A stretch of DNA of 64,000 bases from an uncultured virus (IMG/VR IMGVR_UViG_3300013137_000014) (taxonomy: Duplodnaviria > Heunggongvirae > Uroviricota > Caudoviricetes). Positions 9,316 to 18,922 of the stretch are shown piece after piece. The position numbers and the translations under genes were made by a program. Position 1 is the first letter of the stretch; every line of letters begins with the position of its first letter. Location: IMG/VR virus record IMGVR_UViG_3300013137_000014. One strand, 5' to 3'. A model generated the notes under the pieces. The model made no database searches. It was not told the DNA's origin and was given only the letters and a program-made list of their open reading frames with translations.

Positions 9316-10269
9316 ATGAAAATGGATTTCAACAATATTTATAATTTATCTATTAATAGTTTATATAATTATTTTGAACATGAATATAATAAAAATCTAG
9401 CATTTAATGTTGCTAATTTATCTAAAACATTTGAGCAAGTGAATTTATTTTGTAACTATGAAACAGATATTGGGTTTAAGACTATTTTTACAGTTGATGA
9501 TTTTAATAAACTTGCTTGGTGGTCATGGGTAAATGATATTGTGAAAGATTTTGGAAAATTAAAAGATTTTACTGTAGTTGATTTTAAAGATAAATTAAAA
9601 ATTAAAAATGAAATTAATGATTGGTTTATAAATAAATGTGGAAAGTCTTTAGAGTATGATTTTAACAATGATATTATATTGTTAGCTGTTTGGTCTCTAT
9701 ATAAAATAAAATATTCTAAAAGATTTTATCCGGCATACATAGATACCCCGTTTTATAATTCAGATGAAAGTCTAACTAATGTGTCATATATGTATTCTGA
9801 TAGATATGTAAATTTATTTGAAAATAGTAACTATGCTAGAATTGACTTTGAAATGAATGAAATATATGATATGACAATTGTAGTTCCAAAAAATATGCAC
9901 GAATCTATTTTTTATTATGGATTACAAAATAATAATAGTATTATACAAGAAAAAATTAGGTTAATTATTCCTAAAATTAAATTTGATACAATTTTTGATT
10001 TTAATTTAAAAAATATTGAATTATATAGAAGATTACTTAGAGATAAAAAATTAGATTTAGATAATATTCATATGCTTTCTAAAGTATGGTTTGAATTGGA
10101 CTACACTAGTTTGAATAGTGAAACCTTAACCATTACAGGATATAGTGGTAGTCCTGGATATAAAGAAGATAAATTAGAAAAAATAGTGTTAATAAATAAA
10201 CCTTTCTGGATTTATATTAAGAATAAAAAGTGTTATGCTGAGATTATAGCAAGAGTGAATCATTTATGA
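9316..10269 (+). CDS. divergent serpin-fold protein
   Basis: Ordered serpin motifs INDWF..KCG, F..SD....V.YM, MTIVVP, LIIPKIKF, INKPFWIYI....IIARV. Confidence 0.7.
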   Translation: MKMDFNNIYNLSINSLYNYFEHEYNKNLAFNVANLSKTFEQVNLFCNYETDIGFKTIFTVDDFNKLAWWSWVNDIVKDFGKLKDFTVVDFKDKLKIKNEINDWFINKCGKSLEYDFNNDIILLAVWSLYKIKYSKRFYPAYIDTPFYNSDESLTNVSYMYSDRYVNLFENSNYARIDFEMNEIYDMTIVVPKNMHESIFYYGLQNNNSIIQEKIRLIIPKIKFDTIFDFNLKNIELYRRLLRDKKLDLDNIHMLSKVWFELDYTSLNSETLTITGYSGSPGYKEDKLEKIVLINKPFWIYIKNKKCYAEIIARVNHL

Positions 10270-10468
10270 CTAGAACAAATATTAAAACAACAATTGTGAA
10301 TAATGATGATTATAAAAGTAGGTTTATTAAAAATGACGAATCTTGGGATACATCTGTATCTCTACAAATCGAAGACGAATTTTTTGATGAAGATATTGTA
10401 ACCATAATAGGAAAAGGTTGTGGTAGAGTTGATAGTAGTAAATAATTTACGAGAATGAATGGAATGAA

Positions 10469-10864
10469 ATGAATCCAGAAGAAATAATTCAAACATTTGT
10501 TGAATATGATAGTAATAAAAAAAGATTGTGGAATTTATATCAATATGTAATGCAACTTTTTAAAGAAAATTATAATTCGGATCAAATTATGATAATTGTA
10601 AATATGGAATCTGAATACCATTTGAATTTAAAAAATAATATAATCGGGTATAGAAAAAAAATGAACTCAAGATCTAAGTATAAAAAAATTAATTTTTATG
10701 AAGATACTCATATTTTCATTGATCTTTTAAAAAATATTTTTTATCACAACTGTAAAATATTTATATGGAAAAGAGACGATTGTTCTGGAAAATGGAGACC
10801 AGTATTTTGTAAAGTTCCAAATCTTACATTTAACGTTATAACAGAAAATCTTCTTGTTATTTGA
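10469..10864 (+). CDS. hypothetical protein
   Basis: 131-aa ORF in the co-oriented block. Confidence 0.6.
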   Translation: MNPEEIIQTFVEYDSNKKRLWNLYQYVMQLFKENYNSDQIMIIVNMESEYHLNLKNNIIGYRKKMNSRSKYKKINFYEDTHIFIDLLKNIFYHNCKIFIWKRDDCSGKWRPVFCKVPNLTFNVITENLLVI

Positions 10865-11519
10865 GGAAAGGAAGAATATGCAAAGTTTTTATACTTTTGA
10901 AGGTCCAAATTTAATTTGTGATTTGGTAGTTAAAAAAATATATAAAGTGATATTAATGAGTAATTTAAATGATGTTTTGTACTGTTATAAATTTCCAGGA
11001 TCTATATATAGTTCGATTTCAGTATTAAAAAAATCTTTGTGTGCTATAGCCGATTTACATCTAATGTGCGCGGATTTATCTGAATTTACAGATAAATCTT
11101 TAGTTCCAGCTTTGAGAAAAGAAAATAGTGTCATCATTTTAAATAGATATATTGATTATATATTTGCCACTTATCATATTAAAAATATTTCATATGATAT
11201 AATTAATAATTATGTGTATACCGCATCAAAAGGATGTGTTCCAAATTTAACTTTCTTTTTAGATATGAATATTAAAGATATGAATTTTTTTGATGTTACT
11301 ACAAATTTCATTTCTGAAAACGAAATGAATATAACTATTACAGACAATATGATAAAAGAAGATATGACTCTTTATGAAGAAGAAAAAAAGGTTTTATTAA
11401 AAAGAGCACAAAAAGACCCTAGTCGTTTTCGTGTTATTGAAGTAAGTCATAGTTTAGACGGGATGATAGAAAATATCTATAATGAAATTAAAAATGATAT
11501 GTGTAGGAGGAAAAATTAG
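10854..11519 (+). CDS. thymidylate-kinase-like protein lacking the P-loop
   Basis: FYTFEG, LVPAL...VIILNRY, PNLTFFLDM and RFRVIE match Tmk, but GxGKS/T is absent. Confidence 0.6.
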   Translation: MLFEERKNMQSFYTFEGPNLICDLVVKKIYKVILMSNLNDVLYCYKFPGSIYSSISVLKKSLCAIADLHLMCADLSEFTDKSLVPALRKENSVIILNRYIDYIFATYHIKNISYDIINNYVYTASKGCVPNLTFFLDMNIKDMNFFDVTTNFISENEMNITITDNMIKEDMTLYEEEKKVLLKRAQKDPSRFRVIEVSHSLDGMIENIYNEIKNDMCRRKN

Positions 11520-11559
11520 AAATAATATATTGTAATAATTCTTTTTATAGATAGGGAAA

Positions 11560-12174
11560 GTGATATATTTTGTTATGAATATTTTAATTTTAGATACTGA
11601 AGCAACCGGATTTTTCTCCAAGAAACCTTTTAATGATCCTGGACAATCTGCAATAATACAACTGGCTTTTCAACTATACGAATATGATATAAATAGTAAA
11701 AAAAATAAACTAAGAAGTGCTTTTAACTCATTGATTAAACCTGAATTTTTTTCATACATACCCGAGGAATCCTATAACGTACATAAAATTTCATTTCAAA
11801 ATTGTCTAGATTATGGGATTCCTCTTAAATTAGCAACTGAATCCTTTATAAGGAACTTAAATAAAACTGATGTATTAGCGGGACATGGTATAGCATATGA
11901 TACGAGAGCTATGTATATAACGTTTCAAGCATGTGGAGTTAAAGAAGAGTTTCTAGAGAAATTAAAAAATGTTAAAAAATTTGATACACAGCAAAAAGCC
12001 CGAAAAATAGTTAATATCAAAGATAAAAATAATAGAATAAAAATTCCATCATTAAATGAATGTGTATCCTATTTATTTGGACATAATATAGAGAATGCTC
12101 ATGATGCATTAGTTGATGTAGATTATTGTTCAAAAGTGGTTTTCAAATTATTTGAAATGGGAATTCCTATTTAG
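11560..12174 (+). CDS. DEDDh 3'-5' exonuclease (DnaQ-like)
   Basis: LDTEATG, GHGIAYD, AHDALVD. Confidence 0.9.
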   Translation: MIYFVMNILILDTEATGFFSKKPFNDPGQSAIIQLAFQLYEYDINSKKNKLRSAFNSLIKPEFFSYIPEESYNVHKISFQNCLDYGIPLKLATESFIRNLNKTDVLAGHGIAYDTRAMYITFQACGVKEEFLEKLKNVKKFDTQQKARKIVNIKDKNNRIKIPSLNECVSYLFGHNIENAHDALVDVDYCSKVVFKLFEMGIPI

Positions 12175-12871
12175 AAAGAGATATATTATGTCCATTTTTA
12201 CACAACAACTAAGAAACTATGATGAAATTGGTATACCTTTAACATGTAAAGAATTAAATGAATATGAAGAAAAAGAGATTGATTTTCTAAATGATTTGGA
12301 ATTAGATTTTCTTTGCTGTAAATACATTCTAAATTATCGATGGATATATAATTCCAGTAAAAGAGAGAGATTGTTTGTATCAAATAGTTATCCCATTCCT
12401 TGGGGAATATGTAGTGATAATACAACTCCTTTAGCTAAAGATTGGAATGCATATTTGCCTAATTATCATGGAAGTGATAACGATTGTAGTATTTTTCTAT
12501 ATGAATATATAAGAAAAAGTGGTTTTAATGTCACAATAGATATTGAATATAAAAAAAATAAGAACTCATTGGATAATTTCATGGTTTTAATGAAAATACA
12601 AAATAGAAGTTATATTGAAAAAGGATGTTTTCTAAAATCTTGTTTAGACAATATATTTATGAGAGATATTTTAAAAGATTACCTAATTAAAGATAACTTT
12701 GTTTCTGTTGATAATTTTAGGGAGTTCATTAATGTGGATAAATATAAATTAAGGTCGTTAATGAACAATATAAATATTATATATTCCAGTATTGACCATA
12801 AAATATATTTAAAAGAATTAATGGAAATAGATAATTATTTAAAATATTTTGAGCAAATAACAGAAAGGTAA
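12152..12871 (+). CDS. hypothetical protein
   Basis: 239-aa ORF. Confidence 0.65.
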   Translation: MKWEFLFRKRYIMSIFTQQLRNYDEIGIPLTCKELNEYEEKEIDFLNDLELDFLCCKYILNYRWIYNSSKRERLFVSNSYPIPWGICSDNTTPLAKDWNAYLPNYHGSDNDCSIFLYEYIRKSGFNVTIDIEYKKNKNSLDNFMVLMKIQNRSYIEKGCFLKSCLDNIFMRDILKDYLIKDNFVSVDNFREFINVDKYKLRSLMNNINIIYSSIDHKIYLKELMEIDNYLKYFEQITER

Positions 12872-12876
12872 AATTA

Positions 12877-13137
12877 ATGCAAATTGAAATTTGTGATAAT
12901 TGTAAAAATAGAAGTTTAGATACCAAAAGATTATTGTTAACTACTGGACAGGATTTTGATACAGGAACGGGAGAAAATTATTATTTTGATTCAACACATT
13001 CATTTTGTTTTGACTGCACTCATGAAATATTAATTTATACGTTACGTGTTTTAAGATCTCAAAATAAAGAATTATATTATAATATCTGTCAAGAAATTAA
13101 AAATACTTTTGTTTTAGGAATAGAGGAGCAATTATGA
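12877..13137 (+). CDS. small Zn-binding hypothetical protein
   Basis: CDNC...CFDC. Confidence 0.6.
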   Translation: MQIEICDNCKNRSLDTKRLLLTTGQDFDTGTGENYYFDSTHSFCFDCTHEILIYTLRVLRSQNKELYYNICQEIKNTFVLGIEEQL

Positions 13138-13727
13138 ATATTGCTTTCGATATTGATAATGTAATTTGCGATTTTTGGCATTTATTTAAAAAGAAATTTG
13201 TAGAGTTAGATTTAGAGTATGATGATGAATTATATTATAATTATTTACCTTCTGAATATAATGCAAAAAAAATTATAAACGATTTATTAATTAAAAGAAG
13301 TAAAGAATTAATATTGTTACCAGAAGTAAAAAATTATATTTTACATTTTTATTATCTGTTTAATGAGAGATATCTAACCTTTATCACTGCTAGATATCCT
13401 GAAACTAGATTTAGTACAGAACAGTGTATGAAACAATGGTTTCCAGAAATTGAAAATATATTAATTGTATTCTCACATGAAGATAATAAAGGTAATTTTT
13501 TAGAGAATTATGAATATTTTGTTGATGATAGATTAGAAAATTTACTTTCTTGCATTAATAAGAATAAAAAAAGGTTATATCTTGTAAATAAACCTTGGAA
13601 TATGTTGGAGGAACAAAAGAGAATTGTTGATGAAATAAATAAAATTAATTCTAATTTTATTTTAAGGGTAGATAATTTAAAAGAGGTTTTTGAAGATTAT
13701 TGTATAATGGAGGGGTATGCAATATGA
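13134..13727 (+). CDS. HAD-superfamily 5'(3')-deoxyribonucleotidase-like protein
   Basis: IAFDIDNVICD, FITAR, FVDD, PWN. Confidence 0.85.
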   Translation: MNIAFDIDNVICDFWHLFKKKFVELDLEYDDELYYNYLPSEYNAKKIINDLLIKRSKELILLPEVKNYILHFYYLFNERYLTFITARYPETRFSTEQCMKQWFPEIENILIVFSHEDNKGNFLENYEYFVDDRLENLLSCINKNKKRLYLVNKPWNMLEEQKRIVDEINKINSNFILRVDNLKEVFEDYCIMEGYAI

Positions 13728-14098
13728 AATCAAAAGTTTTAATTGAAAAATTAAAAGAATTAGATCCGACCGGAGAAATTGAAGTTTGCGATGGTAATCA
13801 AGATATTCTTTGTTTGCAACTTAAACCGTCATACTGGGATGGAAATAGTAAAGTGTTCATTAGAGATGAAAAGTTAAAGGGTTATAATATAAAAGGTGTT
13901 AAAATTTGTGAAAGTGGAAGCAAAATTAGTATAATATCTTTAAGTTTGGAGGATGTAATTTGGGAAGATCCAAGTGTCGAAATTGATTTAAGTGATCTAA
14001 GTTCGGCATCACACATTGTAGAATATACTAATGAAGTTAAGAAAATTAGGGCAGAAGCTTTGGAATTTAGAGAAAAGTATGAACAAAAAGAGGGGTGA
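13724..14098 (+). CDS. hypothetical protein
   Basis: GGAGG RBS before ATG 13724, which overlaps the previous stop (ATGA). Confidence 0.65.
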   Translation: MKSKVLIEKLKELDPTGEIEVCDGNQDILCLQLKPSYWDGNSKVFIRDEKLKGYNIKGVKICESGSKISIISLSLEDVIWEDPSVEIDLSDLSSASHIVEYTNEVKKIRAEALEFREKYEQKEG

Positions 14099-14200
14099 AC
14101 CCCTCTTAAATTCTGCCCATATCGTGGAGTAGTTCTTTTTGCTCCACGATATATCTGGACTGTATGAAGACATCCAATTCGGGTAAGGATTAACTAAAGT

Positions 14201-14698
14201 ATGAAAATATATTTAGCAAGTCAATATGAAAATAAAGTATTGTTACAATTTGTAAGAAAATTTATTCATGAAAATAATTATGACCATGAAATAATTAGTA
14301 GATGGATTGATAATCCGATTCTTACTTTGAAAGATGCATCCAGAATGGATTTTCAAGATTTACAATATGCTGATTTGGTTATAGCGTTTTATCCGGGAAA
14401 AGTGGGTACGTCAGCTGAATTAGGATTTGCTCTAGCAAAAAATATTCCAATTATATTTGTTTCTCCATTTAAGATAGAATTAGATAATGCAGAGTTGAAT
14501 AATATCGGTATTCTTCCTGTTGGAAAATTAGTTAATTATTCAGATTTTTTAGAAAATACTAAGTTGGCATCGAATAAAGAAATCACTGAATATTTAGATA
14601 AGACATGTGGTATTATTGTAAATGATATTTCATCTTGTTTGAGAATGTTAGATACATATGAACACTATTTAAAACATTCAGATGAAGGGGAATTATAG
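14201..14698 (+). CDS. nucleoside 2-deoxyribosyltransferase / deoxynucleotide N-hydrolase family protein
   Basis: KIYLAS...D...ADLVIA...GTSAELGFALAKNIPI. Confidence 0.8.
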   Translation: MKIYLASQYENKVLLQFVRKFIHENNYDHEIISRWIDNPILTLKDASRMDFQDLQYADLVIAFYPGKVGTSAELGFALAKNIPIIFVSPFKIELDNAELNNIGILPVGKLVNYSDFLENTKLASNKEITEYLDKTCGIIVNDISSCLRMLDTYEHYLKHSDEGEL

Positions 14699-15028
14699 AT
14701 GAAAGAAACTAGTTCTAAATTAGATTATATTGAGATTCCAAATAAACCTTTAATTCCACTAGAGAAACAAGGTTATGTTTTATTGGCTATGCATATTTAT
14801 CTAATGGAAAAATTAACAAACTTACAATATGAATATATTCATGAAAGATATTCTATTTGGGAGGATAACAAAATAAATGATTTGAGATTATCTAAAAAGT
14901 TAGGTGTAACAAAACAATCATTGGGAGCAAGAATTGAAAATATTAAATGTAGAATACCTAATTTTAAGAGAAAAGCAAAAAGGAAGGATGACCGAGTGGT
15001 TGATGGTGACGGTTCTGAAAATCGTTGA
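14699..15028 (+). CDS. putative HTH DNA-binding protein; 3' end overlaps tRNA-Ser
   Basis: LTNLQ...LSKKLGVTKQSL resembles a sigma region-4-like HTH. Confidence 0.5.
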   Translation: MKETSSKLDYIEIPNKPLIPLEKQGYVLLAMHIYLMEKLTNLQYEYIHERYSIWEDNKINDLRLSKKLGVTKQSLGARIENIKCRIPNFKRKAKRKDDRVVDGDGSENR

Positions 15029-15065
15029 ACGTAAAGTTCCGTGGGTTCGAATCCCACTCCTTCCT
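14982..15065 (+). tRNA. type II tRNA-Ser(UGA) with non-canonical C33
   Basis: Acceptor GGAAGGA/TCCTTCC, anticodon arm ACGGT-TCTGAAA-ATCGT, long variable arm GAAC/GTTC, T-arm GTGGG-TTCGAAT-CCCAC. Confidence 0.85.
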
Positions 15066-15093
15066 CTTTTAATTATAGAAAGGCAAGAAAAAG

Positions 15094-16002
15094 TTGTTAC
15101 CAATAAAGTACCCAAAAATTCAGTCTATTTTTAAAAGAGATGAGACAAGACAAAAAAACTTTATGATGGGAAATTTTTCCATCCCGGAGTTTCAATTTTT
15201 ATGTAATAATGAATGGTTATTTACAGAAAAAATAGATGGAACTAATATTAGAGTTTATTGGGATGGAAAAAATGTTGAATTTGGTGGAAGAGAAGATAAT
15301 TCTCAAATTACATCTAAACTTGTAAAGGTTTTAATGGAGAAATTTACAAATGAATTGATGTTATTAACTTTTGGAGATCGAGGTGGAGTAACATTATTTG
15401 GAGAAGGATTCGGAAATGGTGTGCAAAATGGAAAATGTTATCTTCCTGATTGTGTTGATTTTATATTATTTGATATATATGCTGGAGGAGTTTGGTTTAA
15501 AAGAGAAAAAGTGGAAAACTATGCTAAATCTTTGGATTTAAAAATAGTTCCAATTGTGGGAAAAGGAACTATTCAAGATGCAATAAGTATAGTTCAAAAT
15601 GGATTTACATCATTAATAGCAGATTGTCCAGCAGAAGGTTTAGTAATTAAACCCATGATAAATTTGCTAACACGACTTGGAGAACCTATTATAACAAAGA
15701 TAAAAACCAGAGATTTTAGATTTTTAGAAAAAGATAAGAAAATTAAGATGAATACTGTTTGGGAAAAAAAATATAAATCGATTTCTGATAAAAATTGCTA
15801 TTTAATTAAAGAAGACAATACTATCGATAATAATATAGAATTTTATTTATATAGAGATGAGGAAGGTATAAAAATACTGGAACGAGATAGTTCAATACCA
15901 TATACTGAGCCATACTATTCTTATAGTAAGTACATAATTGAAGATCAAAAGGAAATTGATTGGTTAATTAATGAAAAAGGGATGGGATTTTGGGAGGATT
16001 AA
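15094..16002 (+). CDS. ATP-dependent RNA ligase (Rnl2-like)
   Basis: TEKIDGTN (motif I), LFGE, FILFDI, EGLVIKP, KIK. Confidence 0.88.
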   Translation: MLPIKYPKIQSIFKRDETRQKNFMMGNFSIPEFQFLCNNEWLFTEKIDGTNIRVYWDGKNVEFGGREDNSQITSKLVKVLMEKFTNELMLLTFGDRGGVTLFGEGFGNGVQNGKCYLPDCVDFILFDIYAGGVWFKREKVENYAKSLDLKIVPIVGKGTIQDAISIVQNGFTSLIADCPAEGLVIKPMINLLTRLGEPIITKIKTRDFRFLEKDKKIKMNTVWEKKYKSISDKNCYLIKEDNTIDNNIEFYLYRDEEGIKILERDSSIPYTEPYYSYSKYIIEDQKEIDWLINEKGMGFWED

Positions 16003-16214
16003 ATGGGGCTACACTTTTTTCTGAATATGATTGTACATATAAAGATCAAGATTTTCATATTTATCGAAAGGGTAAATATGGAGAAATATACATAGCTGAG
16101 AATTATATGAAGAAGACATCTGATGTTAAATTTTGTGAGATTGATGCTTGTGAAAATTTAATTTCTAAACAAAAAATAGCTTTAAAGGAGGCCAAAAGCT
16201 GGGTAAAAAAATGA
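15990..16214 (+). CDS. hypothetical protein
   Basis: Short ORF filling the gap; start uncertain. Confidence 0.4.
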   Translation: MGGLNGATLFSEYDCTYKDQDFHIYRKGKYGEIYIAENYMKKTSDVKFCEIDACENLISKQKIALKEAKSWVKK

Positions 16215-16744
16215 AAAGGAAAATTAAATTATTCTTCTGTATTTTAAAATGTATTAAAACAATATTAATTCATAAATGGTATGTATTTTGGGCTGGATTA
16301 AAAGTTAAAGCCCCAATATTTAGGTTAATTATTCATGATTGGTCTAAATTCACTCCAACTGAATTAGTTAATTATGCAAGAATATATTACTTAAAAGATA
16401 TGGATCCTTGGTGGAAAGATCATGATAAAAGGAAATATTATTATTGTTGGTTGAAACATCAAAACAGAAATCCTCATCATTGGGAATACTGGATGACCAG
16501 AAGTGGTGTTCCTCTTATTGAAAGAGGTCATGCCATTGTAGATACTCTTACTATGTCTGAATGGGCAGTTAGAGAAATGATAGCTGATTGGATTGGAGCT
16601 TCAGTTGCCTATACGGGAAAATATCCTGATTTTAATAATTGGGAATGGTATGAGAAGAATGAAAATAAGATTCAAGTTGATTCTCTAACGAGAGAAAAGA
16701 TAAAAACAATAATCGAACAATTGAGAAGGAATCAAAAAAGATGA
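16211..16744 (+). CDS. HD-type phosphohydrolase-like protein (DUF5662-like)
   Basis: HKWYV..HDWSKF..HQNRNPHHWEYW..EMIADW. Confidence 0.8.
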   Translation: MKRKIKLFFCILKCIKTILIHKWYVFWAGLKVKAPIFRLIIHDWSKFTPTELVNYARIYYLKDMDPWWKDHDKRKYYYCWLKHQNRNPHHWEYWMTRSGVPLIERGHAIVDTLTMSEWAVREMIADWIGASVAYTGKYPDFNNWEWYEKNENKIQVDSLTREKIKTIIEQLRRNQKR

Positions 16745-17376
16745 AGAATGAAACTTTGATTGTATGCATTTTAGATCGATCTGGATCCATGAATAGTATT
16801 ATAGATGAAGCTGTTGGGGGAATTAATAATTTTATTGAAACTCAGCAGAAGCTTCCTGGAGAAGCTAAAATTGTAATTGTACTATTTGATACTGATTATG
16901 AAATTCCATATAATTATTGTGAATTAAAGCAAGTTAAATTATTTACTAAGAATACTTATAGTCCTGGAGGTACAACTGCACTTTGGGATGCTATTGGCAA
17001 AACTATTAATAATGTAGGCTCTAAACTTAATTCTCTAAACGAAGAGGATAAACCAAATAAGGTTTTGTTCTGTATTCTTACAGATGGATATGAGAATGCA
17101 TCTAAAGAATTCACGGCTGTTAAAATAAAGGAAATGATTAAACATCAGGAAGAAAAATATAATTGGATTTTTACTTATATAGGTGTAGGTTTAGAGGAAA
17201 TGACAGATGCAGATATTATAGATGTATCAGGATGTCACAGATATTCAGGAACTATTGGTCATACAATGAATACAATGAATTTACTATATAGTAATGCTAG
17301 AATGTGTAAAGATGCAGATGAGGTTAAAGATATGTTAACTACAGAAGTATGGAAGGATAATGAACATGACTTATAG
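16741..17376 (+). CDS. vWA domain protein
   Basis: MIDAS motif LDRSGSM, T.LWDAIG, ILTDG.ENAS. Confidence 0.9.
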   Translation: MKNETLIVCILDRSGSMNSIIDEAVGGINNFIETQQKLPGEAKIVIVLFDTDYEIPYNYCELKQVKLFTKNTYSPGGTTALWDAIGKTINNVGSKLNSLNEEDKPNKVLFCILTDGYENASKEFTAVKIKEMIKHQEEKYNWIFTYIGVGLEEMTDADIIDVSGCHRYSGTIGHTMNTMNLLYSNARMCKDADEVKDMLTTEVWKDNEHDL

Positions 17377-17566
17377 TTCATTACAGGACTCAACATGTAT
17401 AATATGCAACGGAAGTACGGATTATCGATAATGGTAAACTTATTCTTATAATAAGAAGTTGCTAGTTTTATGAGTAATGAATGAATTAATCGAATTTGTT
17501 ATAAAAACGGAATTATGGTTTCTTCCGTTTTTTTTTAGAAATGTTTAAATTAAGATAGTTCTCTTA

Positions 17567-17580
17567 GGACAAACTAAAAA
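17567..17580 (+). promoter_or_regulatory. GGAYAAA..AAA motif (candidate late promoter)
   Basis: Recurs at 2596, 21997, 26608, 28573, 30641 and 40259; variant on the - strand at 55652-55665. Confidence 0.6.
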
Positions 17581-17628
17581 GTTTTTAAGGATCTTATATC
17601 CAAAACAAGATAGGAGGATGTATTTAAG

Positions 17629-18840
17629 ATGAATAAGAAATCCTTAGAGTTTATAGATAGGGTTTTGGCTGAAAATGGTATTACGGTTGATAAGCAAAAG
17701 ACAATCGTAAAAGAGGACGCAGAATTTGATAATACAATATTGCAAGAAGCCAATGAAGTTATTGAGAAAGCGATGAGAACTTCATTGCGTTCAGCTATTC
17801 TGGAAAGTTCCATTGAAGATTCAAAAAAATTGGATCGTATTGGTCTAATTGAAGATGCTGAATTTACGGATAGTCAAAAATCAAAATTCTTGTACAATAC
17901 AATTCATCCAATCATTGAAACTTCTGGTATTCTTCAAGTTCCAAAAGATAATATTCCTGTATTTGTCTCTGGCGTTGTATATGAAACAGCTTTGGCTTTA
18001 CAAATGGCTAAAGAGGGAATGTTTGAGGAGATTGCTCTTTTTAATGAAATGAATGATTTATATTCTCAAGAAGAGATTGAAGAAGCCACAGTTGAGGATT
18101 TAAAAGAAGATATTGAACAAATACTTGAGACTAAAGAATCAACTAAAAAGGAAATTCTTGAATCTTATTTGGAAAGAGTATTTTCAGATTGGAATGTTGA
18201 AGATCCTCGGCAACAAAGATTAGTTATTGATAGTGCCAAACAATATATTAAAGAAGGTATTGTGGAGAATTTAGCTATTGATTTCGATGAATTGTCTGAG
18301 TTAGATCTTTTAAAGGAAGAACCTGGAGCACAGGATACTGGACGAACAACAAAAGAAATATTGGGTTCCTTAAGACAACGTAGAATAGACGAAAAGATGC
18401 TTATGAATAAGCAAGAAGAATTAAGAAAAGCGCAAGAAGCTATTAATAAACCAGGATTGGTACCCAGAATTAAACAATCTTTGATTAATAAAACTATGGG
18501 CATACGTAACGCTATTAACAATTTAAGAAATAAAGTAGCTCCTGGATTAAAGGGTGAAAACTTAACTACCGGTAAAGGGATTAGAGCCGCGGCTCAATGG
18601 GCAAAACGTCGCGTTGGTTTAGGAAATGTTAATCTTGTAAATAAGTGGACTGTTGGTGCGGGTGCTCTTGGAGCTGCAGCTTTAGCCGCTTGGGCTATTA
18701 AGAAATGGCGTGATACTAAAGATCCAAGCAAAGTAGTTGCTTCTCTACAAAGTAAGAAAAGTGCTTGTACTACGGATGCTTGCCGTAAAGCCGCGGATGC
18801 TCAAATTTCTAAATGGAAAGCTAAAGTTAAAACTGCTTAA
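17629..18840 (+). CDS. putative virion internal/head protein (acidic N-terminal part, basic C-terminal part with hydrophobic helix)
   Basis: AGGAGG RBS, late-type motif upstream, many ILE-S/LLKE-E sites, long hairpin downstream. Confidence 0.55.
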   Translation: MNKKSLEFIDRVLAENGITVDKQKTIVKEDAEFDNTILQEANEVIEKAMRTSLRSAILESSIEDSKKLDRIGLIEDAEFTDSQKSKFLYNTIHPIIETSGILQVPKDNIPVFVSGVVYETALALQMAKEGMFEEIALFNEMNDLYSQEEIEEATVEDLKEDIEQILETKESTKKEILESYLERVFSDWNVEDPRQQRLVIDSAKQYIKEGIVENLAIDFDELSELDLLKEEPGAQDTGRTTKEILGSLRQRRIDEKMLMNKQEELRKAQEAINKPGLVPRIKQSLINKTMGIRNAINNLRNKVAPGLKGENLTTGKGIRAAAQWAKRRVGLGNVNLVNKWTVGAGALGAAALAAWAIKKWRDTKDPSKVVASLQSKKSACTTDACRKAADAQISKWKAKVKTA

Positions 18841-18852
18841 TTAAGTTAATTA

Positions 18853-18891
18853 AAATGTCTGGATATCTTTAGTTTAGATATCCAGACATTT
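18853..18891. terminator. 16-bp perfect inverted repeat
   Basis: AAATGTCTGGATATCT / AGATATCCAGACATTT. Confidence 0.7.
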
Positions 18892-18922
18892 GCCATATGA
18901 TATTTAAAAATAGAGGTTAGCC

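Noticed and set aside
14839..15134. Short ORFs overlapping tRNA-Ser, and the 38594 start inside tRNA-Arg
   Set aside because: They are artefacts of stop-poor tRNA sequence and have no RBS.
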